A stretch of DNA of 64,000 bases. It comes from Candidatus Bathyarchaeota archaeon. Its GTDB lineage: Archaea > Thermoproteota > Bathyarchaeia > 40CM-2-53-6. The stretch covers positions 928,001-992,000 of the forward strand of contig CAVTBR010000001.1 in NCBI GenBank assembly GCA_963733055.1, written 5' to 3'. Position 1 is the first letter of the stretch. The number at the start of each line of letters is the position of its first letter. The notes under the pieces were generated by a model, which was not told where the DNA came from, did not search any database, and saw only the letters and a program-made list of their open reading frames with translations. Below are positions 42,206 through 51,263 of this stretch, piece by piece. The position numbers and the translations under genes are program-made.

Positions 42206-43525
42206 TTACCGTGGGACAATGGCGGAAAGCTGGTAGCCTGTGGTCACTAGGAAAAGTACTACGAGCAGGAGTGCGGCGATTCGAATTGGTTTACGGTTGA
42301 TCAAGATCGTGAACCCTGATCGCGTGGACAGAGGGGAGAGGACTTCAGAAGCTGTCAATAAGAACACGGACATCACTGCCGCCCACAAGTTCACGTTTCC
42401 CAGGGTCAACGGGAGGTATGGAATTGTAATTTGCGCCGCTTGCGAAGAGGGAGGAACTTGAGTGTTGGGGTGTGCGTTCAGATAAGTAGGGTCTTGGTAA
42501 ATTATTGTCCACTCAATTGGCCGATTCGAATACGTTGAGTTCAAGGTAATGGACGTTTGATTGGTCACAGTTTGGGCGAGCGGCACTATGTTCGTGGAAA
42601 CTACGTCGATGAATTTGGCTCCCTTTGGTAACGTGATGTGGAAAGTTTCTGGTACGGGGTTCCCATATTGCTCGTATCTTTGATACAATGATTCATACCA
42701 GGTCAAGGCGAATTGCCCCCCATACCATCCACTAAGAGCATTCAAACCGGTCGTGAGGTCAAAACTCAAGACAAATGAGTAACCGTCCCTACGTGGTCCG
42801 CTAAAATCCACGACATAGTATTCATTCTGATCGCTGTCTTCTTGAGTTATGACTTGAAGTGAATTATGAGTAGTTCTGTCGTATGCTGTCACGTTTGCTG
42901 CATTTGGTAGGTATAACGGATAGGAGGTCCAACTTTGATTTGTGGGGTGAATTGTCACCGTCAAGTTTGCGTGAATGCGTGGAGGTACGGACTGTAGGAT
43001 TTCTAAGCTCCAATGATCATTCTCCATGATAATAGCGCTGAGCGTGAAGGAGGCGGAGTATAATTGGTTTCCATTAGCTAGGACTGTTAACGTCCAAGAT
43101 CCAAACATGGTGTTCGCGGGGCTATAGCTTCCAATGTTCAAGTTGGAAGTTACCGTGCAAGGTGTTGCGGTACACTGCGCTTCTTGGGTTCGATTGTAAT
43201 ACAACTGTCCGTCAGGGTTGTACCACTGCCAAGTGAAGTTCACAGCGTAGAAGGAAGCTACTAAGTAGGTGTAGACTTCCGGGTCGTTTTGAGTGAAGCT
43301 TGAAGTCTTATTCAGTGGAATCACATTCCCGTTATTCTGAGCGTAAGTTATGTTCTTGGCGAACCCATGATCAATTACTAGTATGGCTGCTTGTGATGCG
43401 TTAACTCGCGTACTCCCCCCACCCTCCCACTTCGCGCTACTCAAACCGAGGAGTATGATGAGAAGAAAAATGACCAACAAGCGTACTATAAGCTTCCTAG
43501 TTGGCAGGGCGCGTACCCCACGCAC
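42206..43525 (-). CDS. Membrane-anchored extracellular protein
   Basis: N-terminal TM, WYNPDG Ig-like domain, ITLPKGA, two C-terminal TMs, many sequons. Confidence 0.75.
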   Translation of the reverse strand: MRGVRALPTRKLIVRLLVIFLLIILLGLSSAKWEGGGSTRVNASQAAILVIDHGFAKNITYAQNNGNVIPLNKTSSFTQNDPEVYTYLVASFYAVNFTWQWYNPDGQLYYNRTQEAQCTATPCTVTSNLNIGSYSPANTMFGSWTLTVLANGNQLYSASFTLSAIIMENDHWSLEILQSVPPRIHANLTVTIHPTNQSWTSYPLYLPNAANVTAYDRTTHNSLQVITQEDSDQNEYYVVDFSGPRRDGYSFVLSFDLTTGLNALSGWYGGQFALTWYESLYQRYEQYGNPVPETFHITLPKGAKFIDVVSTNIVPLAQTVTNQTSITLNSTYSNRPIEWTIIYQDPTYLNAHPNTQVPPSSQAAQITIPYLPLTLGNVNLWAAVMSVFLLTASEVLSPLSTRSGFTILINRKPIRIAALLLVVLFLVTTGYQLSAIVPR

Positions 43526-43698
43526 CTATCATTCGTGGTCCTGATAAACGCAGCTTTTTCACGGCCCATTAGAGAAAACTTGGCCAGGTTTAAGGATTCA
43601 ATGATTGAGAACCGGCAAAACGCCGGGCTGATCAAGTTCTTCGTACAGAACCGCCATAAACCCTATAGCATAACTCGTCAGGAGTGAGGTGAGAAAAT

Positions 43699-44667
43699 TT
43701 GCTTGAAACGGGCGCTCCAAGAATTAGTCAGCCAAAAGACCGTGTAATTTCGAGATTACTTTCGTCAAGGCCGGTTAGGAAGGATGATGTTACCGTAGTA
43801 GTGCCCGTTCTGAATGAGGAAGGGGCCATAGGGATGGTGTTGGATGATTTGTTCAGTAACGGATATCGGCACGTGTTGGTCGTTGACGGATACTCGAAAG
43901 ACAAAACGGTTCAGGTAGCGGAAAGCAAAGGCGTGAATGTCGTTCAGCAGCATGGCACGGGTAAGACGGGCGCGATCAAGACTGCGATAGACCTCGTCCC
44001 AACTCCTTACATGCTGGTAATGGATGGCGATTATACGTACGCCGCCGGGGACATCGAGAAATTTCTTGGCCATGCCCATAACTACGACCAGATAGTGGGG
44101 ATACGTAGAAGAGAGAACATTAGTCGGCTTCACAAGTTAGGGAACGAGGTTATTTCGAAATGTTTCAATCTGATGTTTGACACCGCGCTATCCGACGTCT
44201 GCTCGGGCATGTACTTGTTAAGAACCGAGGCTGCAAAAGGCCTCGACCTGCATAGCGGCGGTTTTAACGTTGATGTGGAAATCATTGCTCAGATAGCGGT
44301 GCATGGCGAGATTACAGAGGTACCGATAGAATATCGCACTAGGATAGGAGAACCCAAGTTGTCAACTTGGAAGAATGGTACACAAATCATCTATTCGGTC
44401 CTGATCTGGACTAGGATTTATAATCCTGTTTTCATTTTCTCGATTATTGCCGCCTTAGCCCTTATACCCGGTCTAATGGCTTTGATTTGGGTGGGGGCAA
44501 TGTGGCTGCTGCGAGGGATCTTCTATAGTGGTTGGGCTCTGCTTGCAATGATCCTGTTACTCGGCGCCGGCGAAGCCCTCACCGTTGGATCGATCTCACT
44601 CCTCATCAAACGCTCGGAGGCGAGAATCACAAAACGACTAAAAGAGGTCGGGTCGTCGCGTTACTGA
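43699..44667 (+). CDS. GT2 polyprenol-phosphate glycosyltransferase (AglJ/DPM-like)
   Basis: VPVLNEE, VDGYSKD, MDGDYTY, DVCSG, two C-terminal TMs. Confidence 0.9.
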   Translation: MLETGAPRISQPKDRVISRLLSSRPVRKDDVTVVVPVLNEEGAIGMVLDDLFSNGYRHVLVVDGYSKDKTVQVAESKGVNVVQQHGTGKTGAIKTAIDLVPTPYMLVMDGDYTYAAGDIEKFLGHAHNYDQIVGIRRRENISRLHKLGNEVISKCFNLMFDTALSDVCSGMYLLRTEAAKGLDLHSGGFNVDVEIIAQIAVHGEITEVPIEYRTRIGEPKLSTWKNGTQIIYSVLIWTRIYNPVFIFSIIAALALIPGLMALIWVGAMWLLRGIFYSGWALLAMILLLGAGEALTVGSISLLIKRSEARITKRLKEVGSSRY

Positions 44668-44748
44668 GCGAAAGAATCGCATGCTAGAACTGACGATCGG
44701 ATCCCTGAAAGTCGCCACAATGATGTTTTTGCTTTTGAGAAATACTGC

Positions 44749-45885
44749 CTAGCGTGCTTTGTTCTCAACACTTATGTCTTTGTCGACGTTTGCCTTCGCA
44801 TCCGGAACTAGCTGAAGCATTTCTTCTTCTTCATACTTCACATTTGCAACTGCCGTTAACTTCTTTTCGGAAACTGATCTGTTGACGGCTTCAAGAGTTT
44901 CGACGGTTCGAGGTCCGGTAAGGTCGATGGAGCGGTCTCCCTTTGCGACGCGGTCTGCAAACTGCTCGATTTGAGACACCATCCCGTTGCTTGGAGTTAC
45001 TGGAATCTGAAAGCTCGAATCCAGGGAGCGTTGGACTAGAAGTTGCCTGATGCAGTCGATTGTTAAAGTTCCTGCGGAGCCTACGATTGTTACCTCCTTA
45101 ACGTTCTGCGTATGAAGCCAACTAAGTTCGATGTGGGCAATCATGTTGCCGGTATATTCAGCTAGAATGTAGGCTACGTCGTGGTGTGTCCCAGGGTTTC
45201 GGTATGTTCTTCCAACACCGGTTACGTCCTCGGGCCATTCGCCGAGAAGTAGATTCAGAGCATCGAGTGGTTCATGTGCTAGGTCGGAGATTATGTCTCC
45301 GTCCATAGAGGAATTCTGGTCTGTCCAGCGGGCTTTGACGTGATAGAGTTTTCCGAGCTCTCCTCCGTTAAGCATTTCACTTGCAACCTGAAGGGCTCTG
45401 TTGAACCTTATTGGGTGGCTAATTTCGACTAGTAGGCCCTTTTCTTTTGCAAGGTCCACTAGGTGATAGGATTCGTGTGAGCTTAGCGTCATTGGCGTCT
45501 CTACCAGAACATTCTTGCCCGCTTCTAGCGCCATCTTCACTAATTCATAGTGCGTTTGGGCTGGGGTAGCTATGTGAACAATTTTTATCCCCCGGTCTTC
45601 CAGCATATCATGAACGTCTTGTGTGAGCATCTCCTCTGTAATGGAGGAGGTTTCTTTGTTTATGAGCAAGGCTCCTAATGCTGCGATGGAGCTATCGCAT
45701 ATCTTGAGTAGCTTGACCTTCCCTCTCCGTTGGGCGTCGAGGTATTCAGCTACAAGCTTGCTTCCCGATATGCCTGCTCCGACGATTGCTACGCCGATTC
45801 TTTCACTAAACCTACCCCCAACAGAGTCGGGCGAATCAACATCAGCGAAAGTTGGAACTAACTTCGAGGGGGCTTTCGCGATCAT
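44749..45885 (-). CDS. Gfo/Idh/MocA-fold protein with degenerate catalytic motifs
   Basis: GAGISG and TPAQTH present, but ETPM replaces EKP and DLAHEPLD replaces DxxxHxxD. Confidence 0.8.
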   Translation of the reverse strand: MIAKAPSKLVPTFADVDSPDSVGGRFSERIGVAIVGAGISGSKLVAEYLDAQRRGKVKLLKICDSSIAALGALLINKETSSITEEMLTQDVHDMLEDRGIKIVHIATPAQTHYELVKMALEAGKNVLVETPMTLSSHESYHLVDLAKEKGLLVEISHPIRFNRALQVASEMLNGGELGKLYHVKARWTDQNSSMDGDIISDLAHEPLDALNLLLGEWPEDVTGVGRTYRNPGTHHDVAYILAEYTGNMIAHIELSWLHTQNVKEVTIVGSAGTLTIDCIRQLLVQRSLDSSFQIPVTPSNGMVSQIEQFADRVAKGDRSIDLTGPRTVETLEAVNRSVSEKKLTAVANVKYEEEEMLQLVPDAKANVDKDISVENKAR

Positions 45886-46128
45886 AATTTACAACTCCAC
45901 AACGGTAATAATTGCAGAATTTCGTATAAAGGATACTGAGACCTTACTTCAGTAACTGTGGTGACAGTTCCAGGTAATTCTAAAACATATCGAATGAAAC
46001 ATCTTTGACCCACGGTCAGAACATCCTTCGTTTTGAAATGACAAGAATACTTACGTCAAAACTTAACAAACTAAACTTTCGCTCAACCCGTCACCGTCCG
46101 GAATACCTGCAGGGCGAAAGGAAGGGAG

Positions 46129-46581
46129 TTACGAGGAACTGGCGGCGTCTGGTTTGTCTGGGTTTCGTTCAGTTCTCGGACTCTGTTTCTGGGTCCATAT
46201 TACGGCGATGGATACAATGAAAGAGATGAAGAAAGCTGATTCCCCAAAGTAGTCCAATCGGATTGGCAACCAAGTCGCGACCGCCCAGTAGAGTGCTCCT
46301 GGATAGACAAGTTGCATAGCTATGACATAGAGCCACACGGCGAAGGTGTACCCCCATACGAGCAGTAAGAGCGCTTTAGCGCGATAACGTCTTCGCTCGG
46401 CCCGTTGCGTACTGTGTTTGACCACTATGTCGGGTTCGCTTTTGGGTTCGGCTTTAATTTGCCTGGCCGCTTCATTCTCAATGGCACCGAGAAACGATTT
46501 GGCATCATCCTTCGAGAATCCGATCGCCTTCAGCGTGTCGTACGGTCTGTAAAGCTCATCGAGTTCCTTTTCGGTTACCAT
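46129..46581 (-). CDS. 2-TM family protein with N-terminal LKAIGF helical domain
   Basis: Close paralog of 48382-48837 (ELYRPYDTLKAIGF; AVWLYVIAMQL; ATWLPIRLDYFGE). Confidence 0.85.
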   Translation of the reverse strand: MVTEKELDELYRPYDTLKAIGFSKDDAKSFLGAIENEAARQIKAEPKSEPDIVVKHSTQRAERRRYRAKALLLLVWGYTFAVWLYVIAMQLVYPGALYWAVATWLPIRLDYFGESAFFISFIVSIAVIWTQKQSPRTERNPDKPDAASSS

Positions 46582-47135
46582 TAAACTCGTCGCTAATTTT
46601 GAGATGGCCCGTCATATTAGTTCGCTGACCCTGATCGATCAGGTCAGAGGTGACACGTGATACACTGCCAGGAATATTCTTGCGAGATGCGTGAGGTTCG
46701 CGCCAATCGCGAATCCCGTTGAAGCGATGGTACAAGAAAGTTTCCTCAACTCATGCGGCACGCTTGCAGGCGAAGGTAGGGGATGAACTATGTTCCAGTT
46801 GAGCCGCCATCTGAATGAACTGAATGGCAGAGGTTCCTGCTTTCCCGAAACCGCTGGAGCTAGTGAACGCCTTCGTCGACGCGTTTGAATTAAGAACGGT
46901 CGTCGCAGAAAATCTAGCAGAGCCAAGAGCAAAAAGAATTCCGATAAACGGCGCATTGAAAATCATCAGTAAATCCCGATGAGTCGGTACGACCCCCCCA
47001 GGAGGAGTACCCGCTCCATGGCATGAACGCCCTTCGTTCTGTGCATGCAGCTGCTATGGGCTATTTCCTTTCAACTATTTTGTAACTGTTCTATGTTGGG
47101 AAGTCTTTTAAGACCGGTACGTTGCAGTTCCGTTT

Positions 47136-47867
47136 ATGACGAGTCAGCGTACCGCCCTGTTTGTGGCCCTATTCCTCCTCTCCCCGCTCACCATAACCAT
47201 CCCACTCACAACCCTCACCTCCATCCACTCAACCAGCTACAAAACCTCCGAAGAAACAACGGTGACCGCTACCTCCGTCGTCCTACGCACCTATTTCGGG
47301 TCGACGCAAGGAACCACGATTGTTCAGGCGCCGATGAATCTCTCTCCAAGGGTTATCGGTTTCGTGGCGCCTAAGGGCAAGTGCAGTCAATTCGTGTTGC
47401 CTGTCTCTGTTACCTCGGGTTCAATTCTGAACTTGAAAATGACCTCGAACAATCCCGCCAACCTCTATCTCCTCCCCACATACACGTTCCAAACCTCAAC
47501 AGACGGTTGCAACCTAGTCGGCTCTGCGCTTTTCACCGCGAGTAACTTCACTGCCTACACCCTCCGCTGGACTGCGCCGATGGGTGGCGTATTCTACCTC
47601 CTCCTCACCGGCCCCACGACGATCATTATGCTGAGCGACGGGGGAAGTACGCACCCCGTCAAGCAGAACGGCACTGTAACATTCGCGACGAGCACAGAAA
47701 CCAATCTCATCGACTACGCATCTACAAGCACGACAACCTACACGGCCACCACGGTAAACAAAGGTCCACTCTACCTTCAACCTCCGACTCTACCTAGCCT
47801 AGAATTAGTTGGGGTCCTGATCGTGTGTCTCGGACTAATCCTGGTCGTCGCTTCGAGGAGGCGGTAA
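47136..47867 (+). CDS. Thr-rich secreted membrane-anchored protein
   Basis: Signal peptide, T-rich flanks around a beta-rich core with two Cys, TM plus RRR. Confidence 0.75.
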   Translation: MTSQRTALFVALFLLSPLTITIPLTTLTSIHSTSYKTSEETTVTATSVVLRTYFGSTQGTTIVQAPMNLSPRVIGFVAPKGKCSQFVLPVSVTSGSILNLKMTSNNPANLYLLPTYTFQTSTDGCNLVGSALFTASNFTAYTLRWTAPMGGVFYLLLTGPTTIIMLSDGGSTHPVKQNGTVTFATSTETNLIDYASTSTTTYTATTVNKGPLYLQPPTLPSLELVGVLIVCLGLILVVASRRR

Positions 47868-47898
47868 GGATTAACCTGTGGGCCCGTGGGCTGTCCGT

Positions 47899-48219
47899 TT
47901 ACCGTTCTGTGCCGAGGGAGGCTTCCAAAACTTTCCTCTTACCACTCGCAATCTCTGAATGTTTCTGCAGTTCATAGAAGTCTGATAGGAACTCGAGCCC
48001 GCGCGGCGTGATGTTGTAGGTTCGCTCCCCTTTTTCCATCTCCTTGACCTCCACCAAACCCAGTTCCTCAAGCTGTTTCAGGTATTTCTGTACCAAGTCG
48101 AAGCTTAGGTTTCCAAGGTACATGATGCGTGTCTTACGGGACCCCTGCTTCGCTAACTCCAGTATGTCAGCTGTGATCTGAATCTTGTTCCTGTACTGCC
48201 GCTTGCCCAACCTCGCCAC
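47899..48219 (-). CDS. Archaeal winged-helix transcription regulator (HTH_45/ArnR1-like)
   Basis: RNKIQITADILE..SRKTRIMYLGNLSF..KYL..L..GLV..YNITPRG. Confidence 0.9.
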   Translation of the reverse strand: MARLGKRQYRNKIQITADILELAKQGSRKTRIMYLGNLSFDLVQKYLKQLEELGLVEVKEMEKGERTYNITPRGLEFLSDFYELQKHSEIASGKRKVLEASLGTER

Positions 48220-48247
48220 TCAGCCTACCTCAGCCTGCTCCACTTTA

Positions 48248-48296
48248 GAGAACATTGTCATTAGATGTTCTAGAAAAGTGTTCTACTTGAACATCC
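48248..48296. promoter_or_regulatory. Array of four GAACA/TGTTC half-sites upstream of the wHTH gene
   Basis: AGAACAT(48249)-N9-ATGTTCT(48265); TGTTCTA again at 48279; GAACATC at 48289. Confidence 0.55.
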
Positions 48297-48381
48297 ACTT
48301 GACAAATAACCCAACTCTTGGCGTTCTAAGCTCTGGCTTTCGCTTCTAACTGCGAAGCGTTTCAGTGATGCAAACGGAAGG

Positions 48382-48837
48382 CTACGTTGATTGAGTAGCG
48401 GTCGATTTGGCTTGTCGTCTTCCGGATCTCAGATTCAAACCCGTGTTCATCATCGTTACCGCGGCGGCCATTATGAAGGAGAAAACGAACGCTGCCTCTC
48501 CGAAATAATCCAGTCGGATTGGCAACCAGGTCGCAAGTGGCCAGTAGATTGATTGCGGATAGAAGAGCTGCATTGCTATGACGTAGAGCCAAACCGCGAA
48601 GGCGTACCCCCACGCCACCAATAGGACACCCTTAGACCGAGAACGCCTTAACTCGGACCGTTGCGTGGAATACTTCACGACTCTCTCGGCTTCAGCTTTA
48701 GGTTCAGTAATTGTTTGGTTCTCCGCCGCTTTCGCAATTTCAGTCAGAAACGATTTGGCCTCATCCGTACCGAACCCAATTGCTTTCAGTGTATCGTAGG
48801 GTCTGTAAAGTTCGTTTAATTCCTTCTCGGATACCAT
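48382..48837 (-). CDS. 2-TM family protein, paralog of 46129-46581
   Basis: MVSEKELNELYRPYDTLKAIGF...; start set by alignment with the paralog. Confidence 0.85.
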   Translation of the reverse strand: MVSEKELNELYRPYDTLKAIGFGTDEAKSFLTEIAKAAENQTITEPKAEAERVVKYSTQRSELRRSRSKGVLLVAWGYAFAVWLYVIAMQLFYPQSIYWPLATWLPIRLDYFGEAAFVFSFIMAAAVTMMNTGLNLRSGRRQAKSTATQST

Positions 48838-49031
48838 CAAACTCGCTACAAACGCTAACGTGGCTCTATCATTTTTGTTAGCTGTCACTGGCCGATCGAT
48901 CCACAAGTGACATGCCTATACATTCCGTACCCTGGGCCAACACACCCGGTAGAATTTAACGATCCCTGCCTGAGGTTACTAATTATCCAGGAATCCGTGT
49001 ATAGTCTTTCAGAAAGTAAGTATATGATTTA

Positions 49032-49045
49032 GTTTCTATAGAAAC
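49032..49045. promoter_or_regulatory. Perfect 14-bp palindrome in a divergent intergenic region
   Basis: GTTTCTATAGAAAC between the 2-TM gene (-) and the zinc-finger gene (+). Confidence 0.5.
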
Positions 49046-49101
49046 CGTCGATGACAGCAATGTTTTATTAATCTGGAAAACGGAGGGACTATTGGTTTGC
49101 T

Positions 49102-49293
49102 TTGGTCGAGCCGATGTGTGATGTCTGTCATCGCTCACCACGAAAGAGAGACGACTTACTCTGCTCAGATTGCAGCTATTACTACACTCTCCTCATCGAA
49201 CTACTCGATCGGGACCCGCATCCGGATTTCGAGCGACTCACGCAAATCTTCGAATGGCGCAGGGCCCAAGCCAAAACAGTTCAGTACGGTTAA
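49102..49293 (+). CDS. Small C4 zinc-finger protein
   Basis: CDVC..P...DLLCSDCS..Y; aligns with the N-terminus of 35900-36958; AT-rich TATA-like box at about 49062-49071. Confidence 0.75.
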   Translation: MVEPMCDVCHRSPRKRDDLLCSDCSYYYTLLIELLDRDPHPDFERLTQIFEWRRAQAKTVQYG

Positions 49294-49344
49294 AGTACGA
49301 TTAGGCTGAGCCCTCACCCTCGTACGATTGCCCCAAAAGAAATC

Positions 49345-50301
49345 TTAGATGATGTGAGAGGGTCTGTCAATTAGGGCCTGAACACCGTCTCTCAACTCCA
49401 CTTTACTCCGAAAGCCTAGCGTTTCCATCGCCTTAGTTACATCGGCGTAACTGTCTTTGATATCGCCCCGCCTAGGCTCTAGGTAGACGGGGACGATCTG
49501 GCCCTTTCCGCTTAAGTCGGCTAATAGAGATACGAGGGCGTTGATCGAAGTCGATTGTCCCGTTCCAATGTTGAATGTTTCGCCCATTCCTCTCTCCGCC
49601 CGCAGTCCCAGTAGGTTAGCTCTGACCACGTCTGAGACATGAATGAAATCGCGGCTCTGTTCCCCATCCCCGAAGATTCGGGGCTGTATCCCCTTACGAA
49701 GTTTGTTAAGGAAAATTGAGATTACTCCGCCGTAAGGGTTCGCGCTCTGCCTCCTCCCATATGCGTTGAAGTACCGGAAGCATATCGTCTCCAAACCGAA
49801 AGTTTGGTAAAACGCTCCACAGTACTTCTCCCCTGCCAGTTTCGATACCCCGTAGGGAGTGACTGGTTGTAACGGGTTGTTTTCTCCAATCGGTAGAATC
49901 TTCTGGTTTCCATAAACCGCGCATGAGGATGCGTAGACGACTCTCTTCACGCCGTTCTTCTGGGCAGCTCGTAGAATATTCAATGTCCCCTCCACGTTCA
50001 CCTCATTCGTTAACTCGGGCTTCTTGACAGAAATGAATGGGCTTACGATCGCTGCCAGGTGTATAATGGCATCAACTTTTTGGGCGATAGATTCGACTAC
50101 ACGGTAGCTAGTGAGGCTATTTCGCCTGAACTGGAAACGAGGGTTTCTGCGTAAGTGGCGGATGTTGCGAAGCGAGCCGCTGGAGAGGTCGTCAAGAATC
50201 CATACTTTCACTTCTTCGTCGAGCAGCGCATCGGTCGTGTGGCTTCCAATGAAACCCGCTCCCCCAGTTACCAGGACGCGATCAAATCTTGTATCCGCCA
50301 A
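49345..50301 (-). CDS. UDP-sugar 4-epimerase-like SDR
   Basis: GGAGFIG, YGVSK, RYFNAYG, GDGEQSRDF. Confidence 0.93.
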   Translation of the reverse strand: MADTRFDRVLVTGGAGFIGSHTTDALLDEEVKVWILDDLSSGSLRNIRHLRRNPRFQFRRNSLTSYRVVESIAQKVDAIIHLAAIVSPFISVKKPELTNEVNVEGTLNILRAAQKNGVKRVVYASSCAVYGNQKILPIGENNPLQPVTPYGVSKLAGEKYCGAFYQTFGLETICFRYFNAYGRRQSANPYGGVISIFLNKLRKGIQPRIFGDGEQSRDFIHVSDVVRANLLGLRAERGMGETFNIGTGQSTSINALVSLLADLSGKGQIVPVYLEPRRGDIKDSYADVTKAMETLGFRSKVELRDGVQALIDRPSHII

Positions 50302-50477
50302 ATGGTTCTCACTATTAGGCGATTGACTGTGAGCTGCTCATGTTCATCTTATACTAAATGATGACTTCGGTCCTGCGCACGAGAAAGATCGAAGTTTCGC
50401 TGCAGCTTCAGGAAGCGAATGAATAGGTCCAGTCTCTGATACAGTAAAAAGAGGGCGCTTGCAAACAGAAATCTTAC

Positions 50478-51146
50478 CTATGTGCCGGTCATGTAGAAGC
50501 TGTATGGGGCATTGTATTCTCCAACATTTTCCGAATTGTAGGGTAGGATGAGGTTGCCGCTACCGTACTGGTAAGGGTTAGCACCGAAATTGATTGTCGG
50601 AAAACCAAGTGCATATGATGCTGGGAATCCGTACATGAAGTACCCGTAATTGTACAGGAATTGGCCAGGGTAGGCCCCGGTATACGTGAAGCGGTAAATC
50701 AGTCCGTAAGATTGCTTAGGTAAGACTGCAAGCCAGTAAACACCTGCCGAGGATATGGTCAGGTAATCTGAGGCTTGAAGGCTCCAAGTCTCCCAAGCCG
50801 GACCAAAATCGCCAGTCTTGAAGCAGTACCCGTTGTGGGTCGCTGCGATTAGCGGCTCATTGAGAGGGTTACTTTGGCCGTAGGCTCCACCATTATCCGC
50901 GTAGATTCCGAACTTCAGACACTGACTACCATCCGAACCCGAGTATTGCAAGTACATGGACACTGATTGGATGGTGGTTGGTTGGGTGACCGTGATCTTC
51001 GTCAATGCTTCAACGTACTGCGCGTTGAATGTAGTCGTCGCAGGTTCAACATTCGTATCACCGAGAACAGTCGAAGCGAAGACAGGTGCGCTGATTGTTG
51101 CGAATGAGAGGAGAATTAGAACCGCGCATGTTACCTTCCGCATCAT
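50478..51146 (-). CDS. Secreted hypothetical protein
   Basis: Signal peptide ending VFA, FGIYADNGG..P, GVYWLAV; Tyr/Gly-rich. Confidence 0.72.
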   Translation of the reverse strand: MMRKVTCAVLILLSFATISAPVFASTVLGDTNVEPATTTFNAQYVEALTKITVTQPTTIQSVSMYLQYSGSDGSQCLKFGIYADNGGAYGQSNPLNEPLIAATHNGYCFKTGDFGPAWETWSLQASDYLTISSAGVYWLAVLPKQSYGLIYRFTYTGAYPGQFLYNYGYFMYGFPASYALGFPTINFGANPYQYGSGNLILPYNSENVGEYNAPYSFYMTGT

Positions 51147-51263
51147 CTTGATTTCAACAGAGTACTCTGACCATAGGCTCGTATTAGAATGCTCGCCTAG
51201 AAAGTAATCCCCATGGATGAGGATCTCCATGCCGAACCCACCTAACCATGCAGAAATTCGTAC

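Noticed and set aside
46639-46966. ORFs 46639-46956 and 46751-46966
   Set aside because: No recognisable motifs; they overlap each other and the conserved upstream region of the 2-TM gene
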